From: a virus
Taxonomy: Duplodnaviria > Caudoviricetes
Length of the DNA stretch: 58,846 nt
Reading direction: 5' to 3' (one strand)
Virus record (IMG/VR): IMGVR_UViG_3300035670_000241
Coordinates: 1-58,846 of that record
The position numbers and the translations under genes were made by a program. This document shows, in pieces, positions 1 through 8,558 of this stretch. Position 1 is the first letter of the stretch. Each line of letters begins with the position of its first letter. Below the pieces are notes generated by a model that saw nothing but the letters and a program-made list of their open reading frames with translations, searched no databases and had not been told where the DNA came from.

Positions 1-20
1 TTGTGGTCCGGGAGGCATAG

Positions 21-431
21 ATGAGCGAGCCGTTAGTAAAACCCAATGTGGTTTTTAGCGCTTCGAATAAAGGCGGCGATTATCTACAAAAGCTGCAGGC
101 ATTAGCCGCTGGTGTGGATACCGCGTTTGAAGCATTTAACCAGCAACTGGCTGCTGCAGCGACCGCAGAACAAATCAGGCAGGCAACCGACCAGTTACGC
201 CAACAAACAGCTGCATTAGTTCAACAGGCTGAACAGAACCTACAGGCGGCCTATGCCGCCATCGGCACCGCCGGGAATACCGCGACTTATGCCGTGCAGC
301 TTCAAACAACCCGGACCATTAACGGCAAGCAGTTCAACGGCACGCAAAACGTGTCCATCGGGATTGCGGATATTCCGGGACTGACACAACGCATCGCAGA
401 CGTTGAATTATTAGCATTGGCAGGGATTTAA
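21..431 (+). CDS. Tail fibre adaptor/short fibre protein (cassette B)
   Basis: Coiled-coil, a fibre-like motif (QLQTTRTINGKQFNGT) and a C-terminus (RIADVELLALAGI) resembling that of 51460-52149 (RINYLEAIALAGNKA). Confidence 0.6.
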   Translation: MSEPLVKPNVVFSASNKGGDYLQKLQALAAGVDTAFEAFNQQLAAAATAEQIRQATDQLRQQTAALVQQAEQNLQAAYAAIGTAGNTATYAVQLQTTRTINGKQFNGTQNVSIGIADIPGLTQRIADVELLALAGI

Positions 432-432
432 C

Positions 433-1920
433 ATGACGGTGACCACCAACTTAAGAACTGAACTGCAGGCACGGCTAAATGCCGTGACATCGGCAACGAC
501 CATCATTGACCTCATTCGGCTGCGCCGCGCTGCCCGTGGTCTTTTTCTGGATGAAACGGTCCTGAACAATGAGTTATCGCTGCGCATCGCAAATAATAAT
601 GGCGCTACAACACTCGATGAACTGTTTCAGGAAGCCATTGCGCTGCCGGTGCAGACGCCACTGTCCTACATCAATGAGATCCGGCCATTTTTCTCAGACA
701 AAGATAGTTTTACAGATATTTATGGCGGGATTTGGCTGCGGGCCGGTGTCATCACTTATGACACAGCATCTTACCCGGACGCCAGTAAATTACCGGTCAT
801 CAATAATGATGCCTCAGCGGCACCAACTCCGGTGAGTCAGCCTGCACTTGCTGGCATTACGCCAAAGCGTGTTGCCAGCAATGGTTCCGTGGTTGTGGCC
901 ATCAATACTGCAGGGACATCACTGACACGCTGGTCTGGCGACTTTACCACTGTTGGCACCACAATCAGCGGCGCCAGTGGTGCGCTGTCTGGCTCGGTCT
1001 GGGTCTCCATCACTTGGGATGCGCGCCTTGGTGTGTTTGTCATGATTGGCCGTGGTAGTACCAAAATGGTGAAGTCGACAGACGGCACCAACTGGACGGT
1101 GGTTACACTGCCATCTAGTCCACCGACTTGGTCAGCAGATGCGAACGCCCTGGTCTTTGCCGGCAGCACTAAGTTTCATCTGTTCATTCTGAACAAACAC
1201 TGGACCTCAGACACACTGGCCGGTTGGACAGCACAGGCAGATATCGCAGCACCGAATGCGGATGGGGAAACACTGGCGCAACGGGATTTGCGTGGCGCTG
1301 TGGAAACCAGCAACGGCCAAACGATGCTGTGGGGGAATTATTACTCGACCTCGATGAGCCGTAATGCGCCTTTTATTGCCGTCAGTGAGACCTTCGCAGG
1401 ACTTGGTTGTAACTTCACTCTGACTCTATTCAACCAGTCGTCGGACATGACCCTGCAAGCTGCGGCGGCAAGAAACTCCACCGATTTTGAAGTCTGGGTT
1501 CAATCAAGCACCAGTAACCGGATTGGTGCTGTGATTAGTCGCTCAAGTGCAGGTGTTTTTTTAGTCGCCCAACAAGAGATTGGTGCCAATGGCATGGATA
1601 CCACTTACGTCCCACAGCACGCAGTGAATTATCAGGGACTGATTATCCGTGTCAGTAGCTGGGCCATTACAGCTTTTAACATGACCCGCCAAAAGGTTCT
1701 GCCTTACAACACAACGAACTCATTTGCCAGCCAAGGATTTATCCGCTCTGGCGGTGGAATGGTGTTGATTCGCCTTGGCAATTTCTTCTATCAAGTCGGA
1801 AACGGCAATGGCGTCAGCGCCTTTGATTTTAAATGGATGGTTGGTCTGCCAGCGGCAGCACCACTGGACGGGACATCTTCAGCGGCTTCATACGCCGCCC
1901 ATTTTGTGAGGATTAAATAG
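433..1920 (+). CDS. Tail fibre / receptor-binding protein (cassette B)
   Basis: N-terminal ~70 aa paralogous to 52146-54095; beta-rich body with BNR-like motifs (STDGTNW). Confidence 0.65.
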   Translation: MTVTTNLRTELQARLNAVTSATTIIDLIRLRRAARGLFLDETVLNNELSLRIANNNGATTLDELFQEAIALPVQTPLSYINEIRPFFSDKDSFTDIYGGIWLRAGVITYDTASYPDASKLPVINNDASAAPTPVSQPALAGITPKRVASNGSVVVAINTAGTSLTRWSGDFTTVGTTISGASGALSGSVWVSITWDARLGVFVMIGRGSTKMVKSTDGTNWTVVTLPSSPPTWSADANALVFAGSTKFHLFILNKHWTSDTLAGWTAQADIAAPNADGETLAQRDLRGAVETSNGQTMLWGNYYSTSMSRNAPFIAVSETFAGLGCNFTLTLFNQSSDMTLQAAAARNSTDFEVWVQSSTSNRIGAVISRSSAGVFLVAQQEIGANGMDTTYVPQHAVNYQGLIIRVSSWAITAFNMTRQKVLPYNTTNSFASQGFIRSGGGMVLIRLGNFFYQVGNGNGVSAFDFKWMVGLPAAAPLDGTSSAASYAAHFVRIK

Positions 1921-2279
1921 TGAGTGAATTTATCCGTATTGACCCGCCGAAGGTTTCAGAAGCAAACCTCGGCCGCAAAATTACAGTAAACGCCCTTCGC
2001 AGCCGCTTCACACCCGCTGAATCACTGGCATTTGAAAATGCCCTGGCATCGAGTGCACAGCTGCGAGTGCTTGATAAACGTCTGGCCGCGGTCGTGGCCA
2101 CACACGTTGATTTGGACGACCCGACTTATTCTGCAGTCGCGTTGCCGGCATTAGTTGCTGCCAACATTTTGACTGCAAATCGCCCTGCGGAGATTTTGTC
2201 AGCTCCAGTGCAATGGCATGAGTTACCACCGGCCATCCAGCAGACCTTTGTCGCTGCCGGCTATCAAATCGACGTTTAA
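1920..2279 (+). CDS. Putative tail fibre assembly/chaperone protein
   Basis: Follows the fibre gene directly; ITVNALRSRFTPAE...VDLDDP motif typical of small post-fibre proteins. Confidence 0.55.
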   Translation: MSEFIRIDPPKVSEANLGRKITVNALRSRFTPAESLAFENALASSAQLRVLDKRLAAVVATHVDLDDPTYSAVALPALVAANILTANRPAEILSAPVQWHELPPAIQQTFVAAGYQIDV

Positions 2280-2290
2280 ACAGGGTTTAA

Positions 2291-2752
2291 ATGATGGATG
2301 ACTTACAAAAAGTACAAGTAATTTTTGCGCGGGGTCACTCGGTTGGCAGTTATGCGATCCGCGTACGTTACCAGTCGCGCTGGTCCCACGTCGCCATCAT
2401 CATTGGCGATGTGGTGCACGAGGCTATCTATCCGGATGGTGTGGTGAAAACGCCGCTGCAGGAATTCAAAGACCGCTATGGCGCTGGCAACTGGGAAATC
2501 GCAACTGCATACGCCACGCCTGGCTGGCAAACTCGGGCCAATAGCTTGCTTGGTCTTGAGTACGATTTCTGGGGCGCCGTTGGCATTGGGTTTGGCACTC
2601 GCAAACTGGATAACCCGTATGCGCTGTGGTGTAGCCACCATACAGCAATCATCCTTGGCACTTTGCGCCAGGAACGCCTGAACCGTTTAGCGCCGGAGCA
2701 TTTGTGGATTGTGACACAGCCGGCAAATGACATCGCAGGAGTAGCAGCATGA
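2291..2752 (+). CDS. Permuted papain-like amidase/peptidase (YiiX/YaeF-like NlpC/P60)
   Basis: His-before-Cys order: WSHVAI...EA...GVV...YDF...WCS. Confidence 0.7.
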   Translation: MMDDLQKVQVIFARGHSVGSYAIRVRYQSRWSHVAIIIGDVVHEAIYPDGVVKTPLQEFKDRYGAGNWEIATAYATPGWQTRANSLLGLEYDFWGAVGIGFGTRKLDNPYALWCSHHTAIILGTLRQERLNRLAPEHLWIVTQPANDIAGVAA

Positions 2753-3438
2753 GCTTAAATTCAGCAATGGAGGCCATGCGTGGCCAGTCATATCCTGTGA
2801 TCCTTGAAACGTTGCGCCAGCAATCAGCAACTGCCATTGGCAAAATCCAAGGCAGCCAGCTGAAACTCCTGCAGTCGTTTATTGGTGGGACCGGTTTACG
2901 CAACCGACTGGCCAATGCAACACCTGAACAAGCAGCTGCAGCGGCAGCAGTGACCGAAGCCATTCAACCAGCTTATCTGGCGCGAGAAGACTCTTACAGC
3001 ATCAATCTGGCCGACCCACAAGTCGCGCAGCTACTGACCGATGCGGTCAGCGCTGGCGTCTTGGCATCAGCTGAAAAGGCCTACCTGGTGCAACTGGCTA
3101 CTTACCAGAAACCGCTTTGGCCAAGCGTGACGTTGCGTGATGTAGTGGCATATTTTGAACCTGAACTGGTCGATGTCGGTGACTGGGTCGAAGTAGAGCC
3201 AGGTGAGTCCCGCCAGTTACGCCTGAAGTTGACCACGGCCACGCCAGAACCCACTTATATAGTGGTACAGATGCAGGAAAACGACGGCGAGTGGTCTGAG
3301 TGGTATCACGTCACAGCACTGCACGGTGTCCATCAATTGCGGCCGTATACTTTTGCGGTACCAAATAACGGGCTGCCACGACGGATGCGTTGGCGTGGTG
3401 GTGAATATTGTATTGACGGCAACGTGACGGCGGTCTGA
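2749..3438 (+). CDS. Tail-associated protein, paralogue of 56425-57129
   Basis: Shared C-terminal motif TYIVVQ..WYH.TALHG..P.NG.PR..RW; ATGA overlap with upstream gene. Confidence 0.6.
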   Translation: MSLNSAMEAMRGQSYPVILETLRQQSATAIGKIQGSQLKLLQSFIGGTGLRNRLANATPEQAAAAAAVTEAIQPAYLAREDSYSINLADPQVAQLLTDAVSAGVLASAEKAYLVQLATYQKPLWPSVTLRDVVAYFEPELVDVGDWVEVEPGESRQLRLKLTTATPEPTYIVVQMQENDGEWSEWYHVTALHGVHQLRPYTFAVPNNGLPRRMRWRGGEYCIDGNVTAV

Positions 3439-3439
3439 T

Positions 3440-4195
3440 ATGCCTCATGCAGTGACCACTCAGGGCCAAGGTACCGACGCCTTTATTTCGATACCTTCGT
3501 TCTCAATCAACGCTTTTGCGAACACGGACGTTAGTGGGTTCGAAATTGACATTAAACCATTGGCTGGTAACGCTAGCGGTTTTGTAAATTTACTTGGCAC
3601 GACTACGACTAACGTCACTGCGCTGCGTATAAATGTCTCAACACAAACGCTGCAATGGCGATACAGCAGCACTGTTTATCTGGAAAGTGCTGCCGGAACA
3701 GCTCCACTCAATGAACGCCATAGATACGGTGCTGAGTGGGAAGAGTCTACACAATCGTTGTACTTAACAAAAAACGGTGTTCGTATTGCCGGGCCTTATG
3801 TTGCTCCCGCCGCAAACTCACTAATCACAAACATAACGTGGAATCAGATAGGAAAGGTTGGATCTTCAGCTCCCGGCACTGCGGCATTTGAGCTGTACGG
3901 TATTCGAACCTACGGCAACAACTGCACGTACCAATCTCAATGGGATGACACTGGTGCGCCGGGAGCAGGGACATCATGGGTGAACGATTCTGCTGATAGA
4001 AATTTAACGTTAACCAGCTTCACTGGAGCGGCGGACAGCTGGTGGGTCTTTTATCCTGGCTTATCGCCTGGTACGCAAATCAAACGATTTGACGGTGCTG
4101 CGTTTGTTTCGAAACCTATTAAGCGTTGGGATGGCTCGGCTTTCATAGATGTGACGCTAAAGCGCTGGAACGGTAGTGCGTTTGTTGATGTTTGA
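3440..4195 (+). CDS. Tail protein with LamG/concanavalin-like beta-sandwich and 3 C-terminal KR(W/F)xG repeats
   Basis: First ~205 aa highly similar to 57129-58490; C-terminus IKRFDG/IKRWDG/LKRWNG. Confidence 0.6.
   Translation: MPHAVTTQGQGTDAFISIPSFSINAFANTDVSGFEIDIKPLAGNASGFVNLLGTTTTNVTALRINVSTQTLQWRYSSTVYLESAAGTAPLNERHRYGAEWEESTQSLYLTKNGVRIAGPYVAPAANSLITNITWNQIGKVGSSAPGTAAFELYGIRTYGNNCTYQSQWDDTGAPGAGTSWVNDSADRNLTLTSFTGAADSWWVFYPGLSPGTQIKRFDGAAFVSKPIKRWDGSAFIDVTLKRWNGSAFVDV
3731..3894 (+). repeat. 164-bp perfect direct repeat, copy 1 (copy 2 at 57420-57583)
   Basis: Base-for-base identity from GCTGAGTGGGAAGAG to GCATTTGAGCT. Confidence 0.95.
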
Positions 4196-4198
4196 TGG

Positions 4199-4234
4199 TT
4201 GAACAAACCGATGAATAGCTTATTATTCACCCAT
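4199..4234 (+). promoter_or_regulatory. Putative late-type sigma70 promoter for the ejection operon
   Basis: TTGAAC-16-TATTAT; shares AGCTTATTATT..CCCAT and the same spacing with the promoter at 39460. Confidence 0.5.
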
Positions 4235-4289
4235 ACTGAGCGTACTCCTGCCTAATCAATTTTTCAGCACTCTGCTGAGGTGACAATTC

Positions 4290-5816
4290 ATGCAAACTAC
4301 CAACACCAGCCCGGTGAAAGCCGCGGTTGATATTGCCTATTTGCCGCCGGAAAAGGCGGGTAATAAGCGCATTTTTCCTGTGCCGGCAGAAGGTGCGCCG
4401 GTTCAGCGTACGCAGCCGGTGACTGCGCTGGACCAATCCGGCCAGACTGTTCAGGCTAAAGCGTCAAACACTGCGCCGGAATATTCGCAGGGCGCATCTG
4501 CCTCAGTGCTACCTGGTGATGAAAATCCGGATAAGCCGGGCTTTGGGTTCAATGGTGGCAGCGGTGGCCTGCTGCAAGCTCTGGCGCAACAGCAGCAATC
4601 AGCTGGTGGCGCACAGATAGCGGTACCGAATCCAACTGCGAGCCAGCCGGTACCACCAATCCAGCAGACAACTGCTGCGCCGGCACTGGCGAAAACCACG
4701 ACAAGCGCTGCAACACCGCCAGTGTTTGAGTACAAGCCGGTTGGCGCTGATTTACTGAAGAACGCCCCGACAATGAACGTGCCCGCTGCTGCAACAGTGC
4801 AAGGTACTTTCACCAAGGACGGTTATACCGGTGTTCAGGGCAATACAAATTTCAGCTATACGCCCGGTGCGGAATCGTTGGTTGAAAATCGCGTGGTTGG
4901 ATTACTGGATCCAAACAGCCCTATTATGCGAAAAGCTGCTGCAGAAGCTGCGCAATATTCGGCCAGTCGTGGCCTGCAGTCATCGAGCATTGGCAACGAA
5001 GTGGCGCTGTCGACCATGATAGATAAGGCGCTGCCAATCGCTACGCAGGATGCAAACACCTACAACCAGGCACAGCAGCTTGGTTGGCAGCAGTCATGGC
5101 AATCCGGCGAAAACAATTTGGGCCGCACGCATGATGCGTCGATGGCTGACAAGCAGGGGCAGTACCAGACCAACCTGCAAAACACCCAGATTGCCGCGAG
5201 CGCTGCAGAGAATGCCGCCAATCGCCAGATGCAGGCTGAGCTGCAAAAGCTTCAGTACGCGCAGCAGGCAGGCTTGCTGGATGCTCAGGGCCAGCAGCGG
5301 ATGCAGGAGCTTATTTTCCAAGTCCAGAGCAATGCTTACCAGCAGGAGCGTGGCGCGCAGCTACAAACCGAGCGGGATAAGATTTTGCAGGATATGTCGA
5401 ACCAGACCATGGATAAGCAGTATCTGCAGCAGCTGGAATTAACCCGAGTCCAGTATGACCAGCAAGATAAGCAGTTCATGGCTCAGCTTGAGGCAGGCAA
5501 ACAGGCTGAGTATCGCAACGCGGTATCGACTGCCTACAACAACTATCTGCAGCAGGTTGGCGCTATTCAGGCAGATCCAAACATGACCGCCGAGCAGAAA
5601 GCCGCTGGCGTTGCGTACATGCAGTCTCAGCTGGATGCACAGCGTAAGTCTTTGGAAACGCTGTATCTGGTCACCGGCACAGCCACAGGCTCTGGCTCGG
5701 GTTCAACAACGAACCCACCAACCGGCACCAGCAATCCGAACAACCCGCCCATAACCACGAACCCGGGCAATGGCGGTAGCACTGGCGGCTGGAAAAACGG
5801 GACTCAGGAACCATGA
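4290..5816 (+). CDS. Putative internal virion/ejection protein (Gln-rich)
   Basis: Q/A-rich helical protein with a SRGLQSSSI motif; position after the tail genes of a podovirus. Confidence 0.55.
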   Translation: MQTTNTSPVKAAVDIAYLPPEKAGNKRIFPVPAEGAPVQRTQPVTALDQSGQTVQAKASNTAPEYSQGASASVLPGDENPDKPGFGFNGGSGGLLQALAQQQQSAGGAQIAVPNPTASQPVPPIQQTTAAPALAKTTTSAATPPVFEYKPVGADLLKNAPTMNVPAAATVQGTFTKDGYTGVQGNTNFSYTPGAESLVENRVVGLLDPNSPIMRKAAAEAAQYSASRGLQSSSIGNEVALSTMIDKALPIATQDANTYNQAQQLGWQQSWQSGENNLGRTHDASMADKQGQYQTNLQNTQIAASAAENAANRQMQAELQKLQYAQQAGLLDAQGQQRMQELIFQVQSNAYQQERGAQLQTERDKILQDMSNQTMDKQYLQQLELTRVQYDQQDKQFMAQLEAGKQAEYRNAVSTAYNNYLQQVGAIQADPNMTAEQKAAGVAYMQSQLDAQRKSLETLYLVTGTATGSGSGSTTNPPTGTSNPNNPPITTNPGNGGSTGGWKNGTQEP

Positions 5817-6271
5817 TCCGCTTTGGTACCCATGCCGACATTCCGGCCATGCTGGCCATTGGCCGGCAGGTGATAGCTGATGCGAAAACCCTTAACTGCG
5901 AATTGGACACAGAGCTTGCGGCTAAAACTATCCGGCAAGCACTCAATCACCGAAAGCACGCAGTATTTGTCGCAGAGAAAGCCGGCCACGTTGTCGGCTT
6001 TTTTATTGCCATGCAGGACCAGTTCTGGTTTTCAAAAACTCACTATGCAACGGATCTGGCGTTTTGTGTCTCGCCGGAACACCGTGACCAAGCCGTCTGG
6101 CTTTTACGCCGTTTTATCCGCTGGTGCCAGGCCAATGGCATTGCGCACATTCAGCTCGGCCTGAGTACGGGCCTCGACACTGAAGGCCGCACCGGTCAGC
6201 TCTATGAGGCGCACGGCCTGAAGTTAGCCGGCGGCATCTATTCAACAACATTCGATTCGGAGGCCACATGA
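5813..6271 (+). CDS. GNAT-family acetyltransferase
   Basis: MIR..T.ADIP, VFVAEKAGHVVGF, V.PEHR, LYEAHG motifs. Confidence 0.8.
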   Translation: MIRFGTHADIPAMLAIGRQVIADAKTLNCELDTELAAKTIRQALNHRKHAVFVAEKAGHVVGFFIAMQDQFWFSKTHYATDLAFCVSPEHRDQAVWLLRRFIRWCQANGIAHIQLGLSTGLDTEGRTGQLYEAHGLKLAGGIYSTTFDSEAT

Positions 6272-7047
6272 GCGGTCTGGTCAAAGGCGTGAAAAAAGCC
6301 TTCAAGTCAGTCACTAACGTAGTGAAAAAGGTCGTGAAGTCCAAAGTGTTTAAAGTCGTGGCAGTTGCTGCGCTGGCTTACTTTGGCGGTGCGGCAATCA
6401 TGTCGATGGCCGGTGGAGGCACGGCCTCAGCTGGCATTGGCTCAGCCTGGGGAGGCTTGCAGGGGGCCGGCAGTGCGCTGGCATCCGGCAATGTCGGCGG
6501 GGCATTTTCGGCGCTAAGCTCTGGCTTTACCAGCGGTGCAACAGCAGGCGCGGCAGGCACATTCGCCACAGGTCAGGCAGCGGCACAAGCGGCCATCACC
6601 GGCCAAACTGCTGCTATCGGGGCCACGTCAGGCGCTTATACCGGCAAAGCCATGGAAACATTCGTGGCCAATGGCGGTGGTGCAGTTCAGGCCGCAACGC
6701 CTGTCGCAACCCAAGCAGCCACCGCGGCAACCAGCTCACCCGGCTTACTCGCCAACATTGGTGACGCCACCAAAGCCGCAATGGTAACAAGCGGCGTGAA
6801 CATGGCCGGCCAGATGATCCAAGGATACTCACAGCAGAAGCAGGCTGAAGAGCAGGCAGCAAACCGTGATTACTATGGCGTGAACGGCAAGGGCCAAAAA
6901 ACCACCCTGCCGGGCGTCGGCCTTTTAGATCCTTCCAACATCATGCCGCAAAACCCAGTGCCACAGCTGCAGCCTTTAAAGTCACTCGATGATCTGATTG
7001 CCAAACAGCAGCAAACCGTCAACACCTACCAAAAGTGGAGCGTATAA
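6268..7047 (+). CDS. Putative DNA-transfer/ejection (pilot) protein
   Basis: Basic amphipathic N-terminus followed by a long Gly/Ala hydrophobic region. Confidence 0.55.
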   Translation: MSGLVKGVKKAFKSVTNVVKKVVKSKVFKVVAVAALAYFGGAAIMSMAGGGTASAGIGSAWGGLQGAGSALASGNVGGAFSALSSGFTSGATAGAAGTFATGQAAAQAAITGQTAAIGATSGAYTGKAMETFVANGGGAVQAATPVATQAATAATSSPGLLANIGDATKAAMVTSGVNMAGQMIQGYSQQKQAEEQAANRDYYGVNGKGQKTTLPGVGLLDPSNIMPQNPVPQLQPLKSLDDLIAKQQQTVNTYQKWSV

Positions 7048-7050
7048 GCC

Positions 7051-7554
7051 GTGGATGAAACGATGCAAAAAGATGAAGTGCAGGCGACGCCAGAAGAAGA
7101 GGCGCAACTGGAACAGGCTTTCGATGCTGCCATCAAGGTGATCCACGCACCTGGTAAAGCCGGTGACAATATCGCAAGCATGGTCCTCGATGCTCAGCAG
7201 GTTCAGCAGGGTATCGGTCAGGCCGTGGCCACTGTGGTTATCACTGTCGAAAAGCAAATGAAGCTGACAGAAGATGTAAAGCTGGCGCTGGCCGAGCGCG
7301 TCACTGATGAACTGGTAGCTCTGGCGATTAAGGCCGGTGCATTGGCCGAAGACGAAGTAACCGACCAAATGACCGACGCGCTGGCCAGCCATGCAATGAG
7401 CACTTATCTCACGCTCAAAGAGCAGCTTGGTGAGCTCGACCAAAACGAGCTTTCCGCCAATGTGCAGGAAGCTCAGGCATTCATGGGCCAGCAACAGAAA
7501 CCAGCGGCAGAACCGGCTAAATCTGGTGGCTTGCTGCAGCGTGCGCGGGGGTAA
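7051..7554 (+). CDS. Hypothetical virion protein
   Basis: Acidic helical ORF in the ejection operon. Confidence 0.5.
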   Translation: MDETMQKDEVQATPEEEAQLEQAFDAAIKVIHAPGKAGDNIASMVLDAQQVQQGIGQAVATVVITVEKQMKLTEDVKLALAERVTDELVALAIKAGALAEDEVTDQMTDALASHAMSTYLTLKEQLGELDQNELSANVQEAQAFMGQQQKPAAEPAKSGGLLQRARG

Positions 7555-7556
7555 TC

Positions 7557-8522
7557 ATGGCAAGTTATGGTTTACTGGCTGGCTTTGGCCGCGGCTTGAG
7601 TCAAGGGGCTGAGCTGCTTAGTCGTGGCATGGCCGAGGACCGCGAGGCCGAGCGCCAGCGGTTGCGCGAAGAGTCGATGGCAGCACGCTGGAAGCGGCAG
7701 GAAGAGCGCGAGGATGCCCGGTACAACGACGAGAAGAAGTACCGTGACGAGCGCAGCAAGGTCGAGGATAAACGATACAACGAGCAGAAGGCTGCACAAG
7801 CTGCAGCGGCGACACAGGCTCAGAACAATGCTGACCGCTCTTACAACCTGCAGGAACGTCAGATGACATCGCAGGAAGAAGCCCGCCGCGTTGCCCGCAT
7901 CGAAGAAACACTGAATCGGATCCAGACCAAATTCAGCCGCGAAGGTGAGCAGATTGACCGTAAGTATGACCGGCTGATTGATAAAGCTGAAACGCCTGAA
8001 GAAAAAGAGGAGCTGTATCAGCGCCGGGATGCTGAGCATGAAGCCCTTGGTACAAAGATGGAAGGTGAAATGCTGCCGGCGCTCAAGTCATTCGGTGATG
8101 GCCTGAAAGGTACATCATATGCCTCATACATCGATGTTCTGGCCGAAATGGATAAACCAAAACCAGATCCCAAGCCGGAGAACCCACAGCCGGCACCTGC
8201 AGCATTTGATCGTGGCGCAGCGGTTGGCACTGTAATGCAACAGCCTGGTGGCCAAGCATCGCCGGCTAGTGCAGCTGCGCCGAAACCGGGGCTTTTAAAT
8301 CCAGGATTCTTTAACGGATTTATCGACAGCGCTCATGGCGATATCAACCCGCTGCAGATTGACGAAACTAATATCACTCCAGCGCAGCTTGCAACCACTC
8401 GTACCGGTCAGGCGCTCGGCTATTTCCCCGGTAAATTTGTTGACGCAGTTCAGCAGGTTGGACAGGCCGCACAGCCAGCGTGGAATTATTTGAACAAGCC
8501 AATGCCTCAGAGCCGCAAATAA
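7557..8522 (+). CDS. Putative ejection protein (coiled-coil)
   Basis: GLLAGFGRGL N-terminus then charged coiled-coil, typical of podovirus DNA-transfer proteins. Confidence 0.55.
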   Translation: MASYGLLAGFGRGLSQGAELLSRGMAEDREAERQRLREESMAARWKRQEEREDARYNDEKKYRDERSKVEDKRYNEQKAAQAAAATQAQNNADRSYNLQERQMTSQEEARRVARIEETLNRIQTKFSREGEQIDRKYDRLIDKAETPEEKEELYQRRDAEHEALGTKMEGEMLPALKSFGDGLKGTSYASYIDVLAEMDKPKPDPKPENPQPAPAAFDRGAAVGTVMQQPGGQASPASAAAPKPGLLNPGFFNGFIDSAHGDINPLQIDETNITPAQLATTRTGQALGYFPGKFVDAVQQVGQAAQPAWNYLNKPMPQSRK

Positions 8523-8533
8523 GCGGCTTTTTT
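8511..8533 (+). terminator. Intrinsic terminator ahead of the giant gene
   Basis: AGCCGC-AAATAA-GCGGCT followed by a T-run. Confidence 0.55.
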
Positions 8534-8558
8534 GTTTCTATATCCAAAGGATCCGCCA

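Noticed and set aside
3731-3894. Diversity-generating retroelement TR/VR pair
   Set aside because: The copies are identical with no adenine-specific mismatches, both lie mid-gene, and no reverse transcriptase is present in the window
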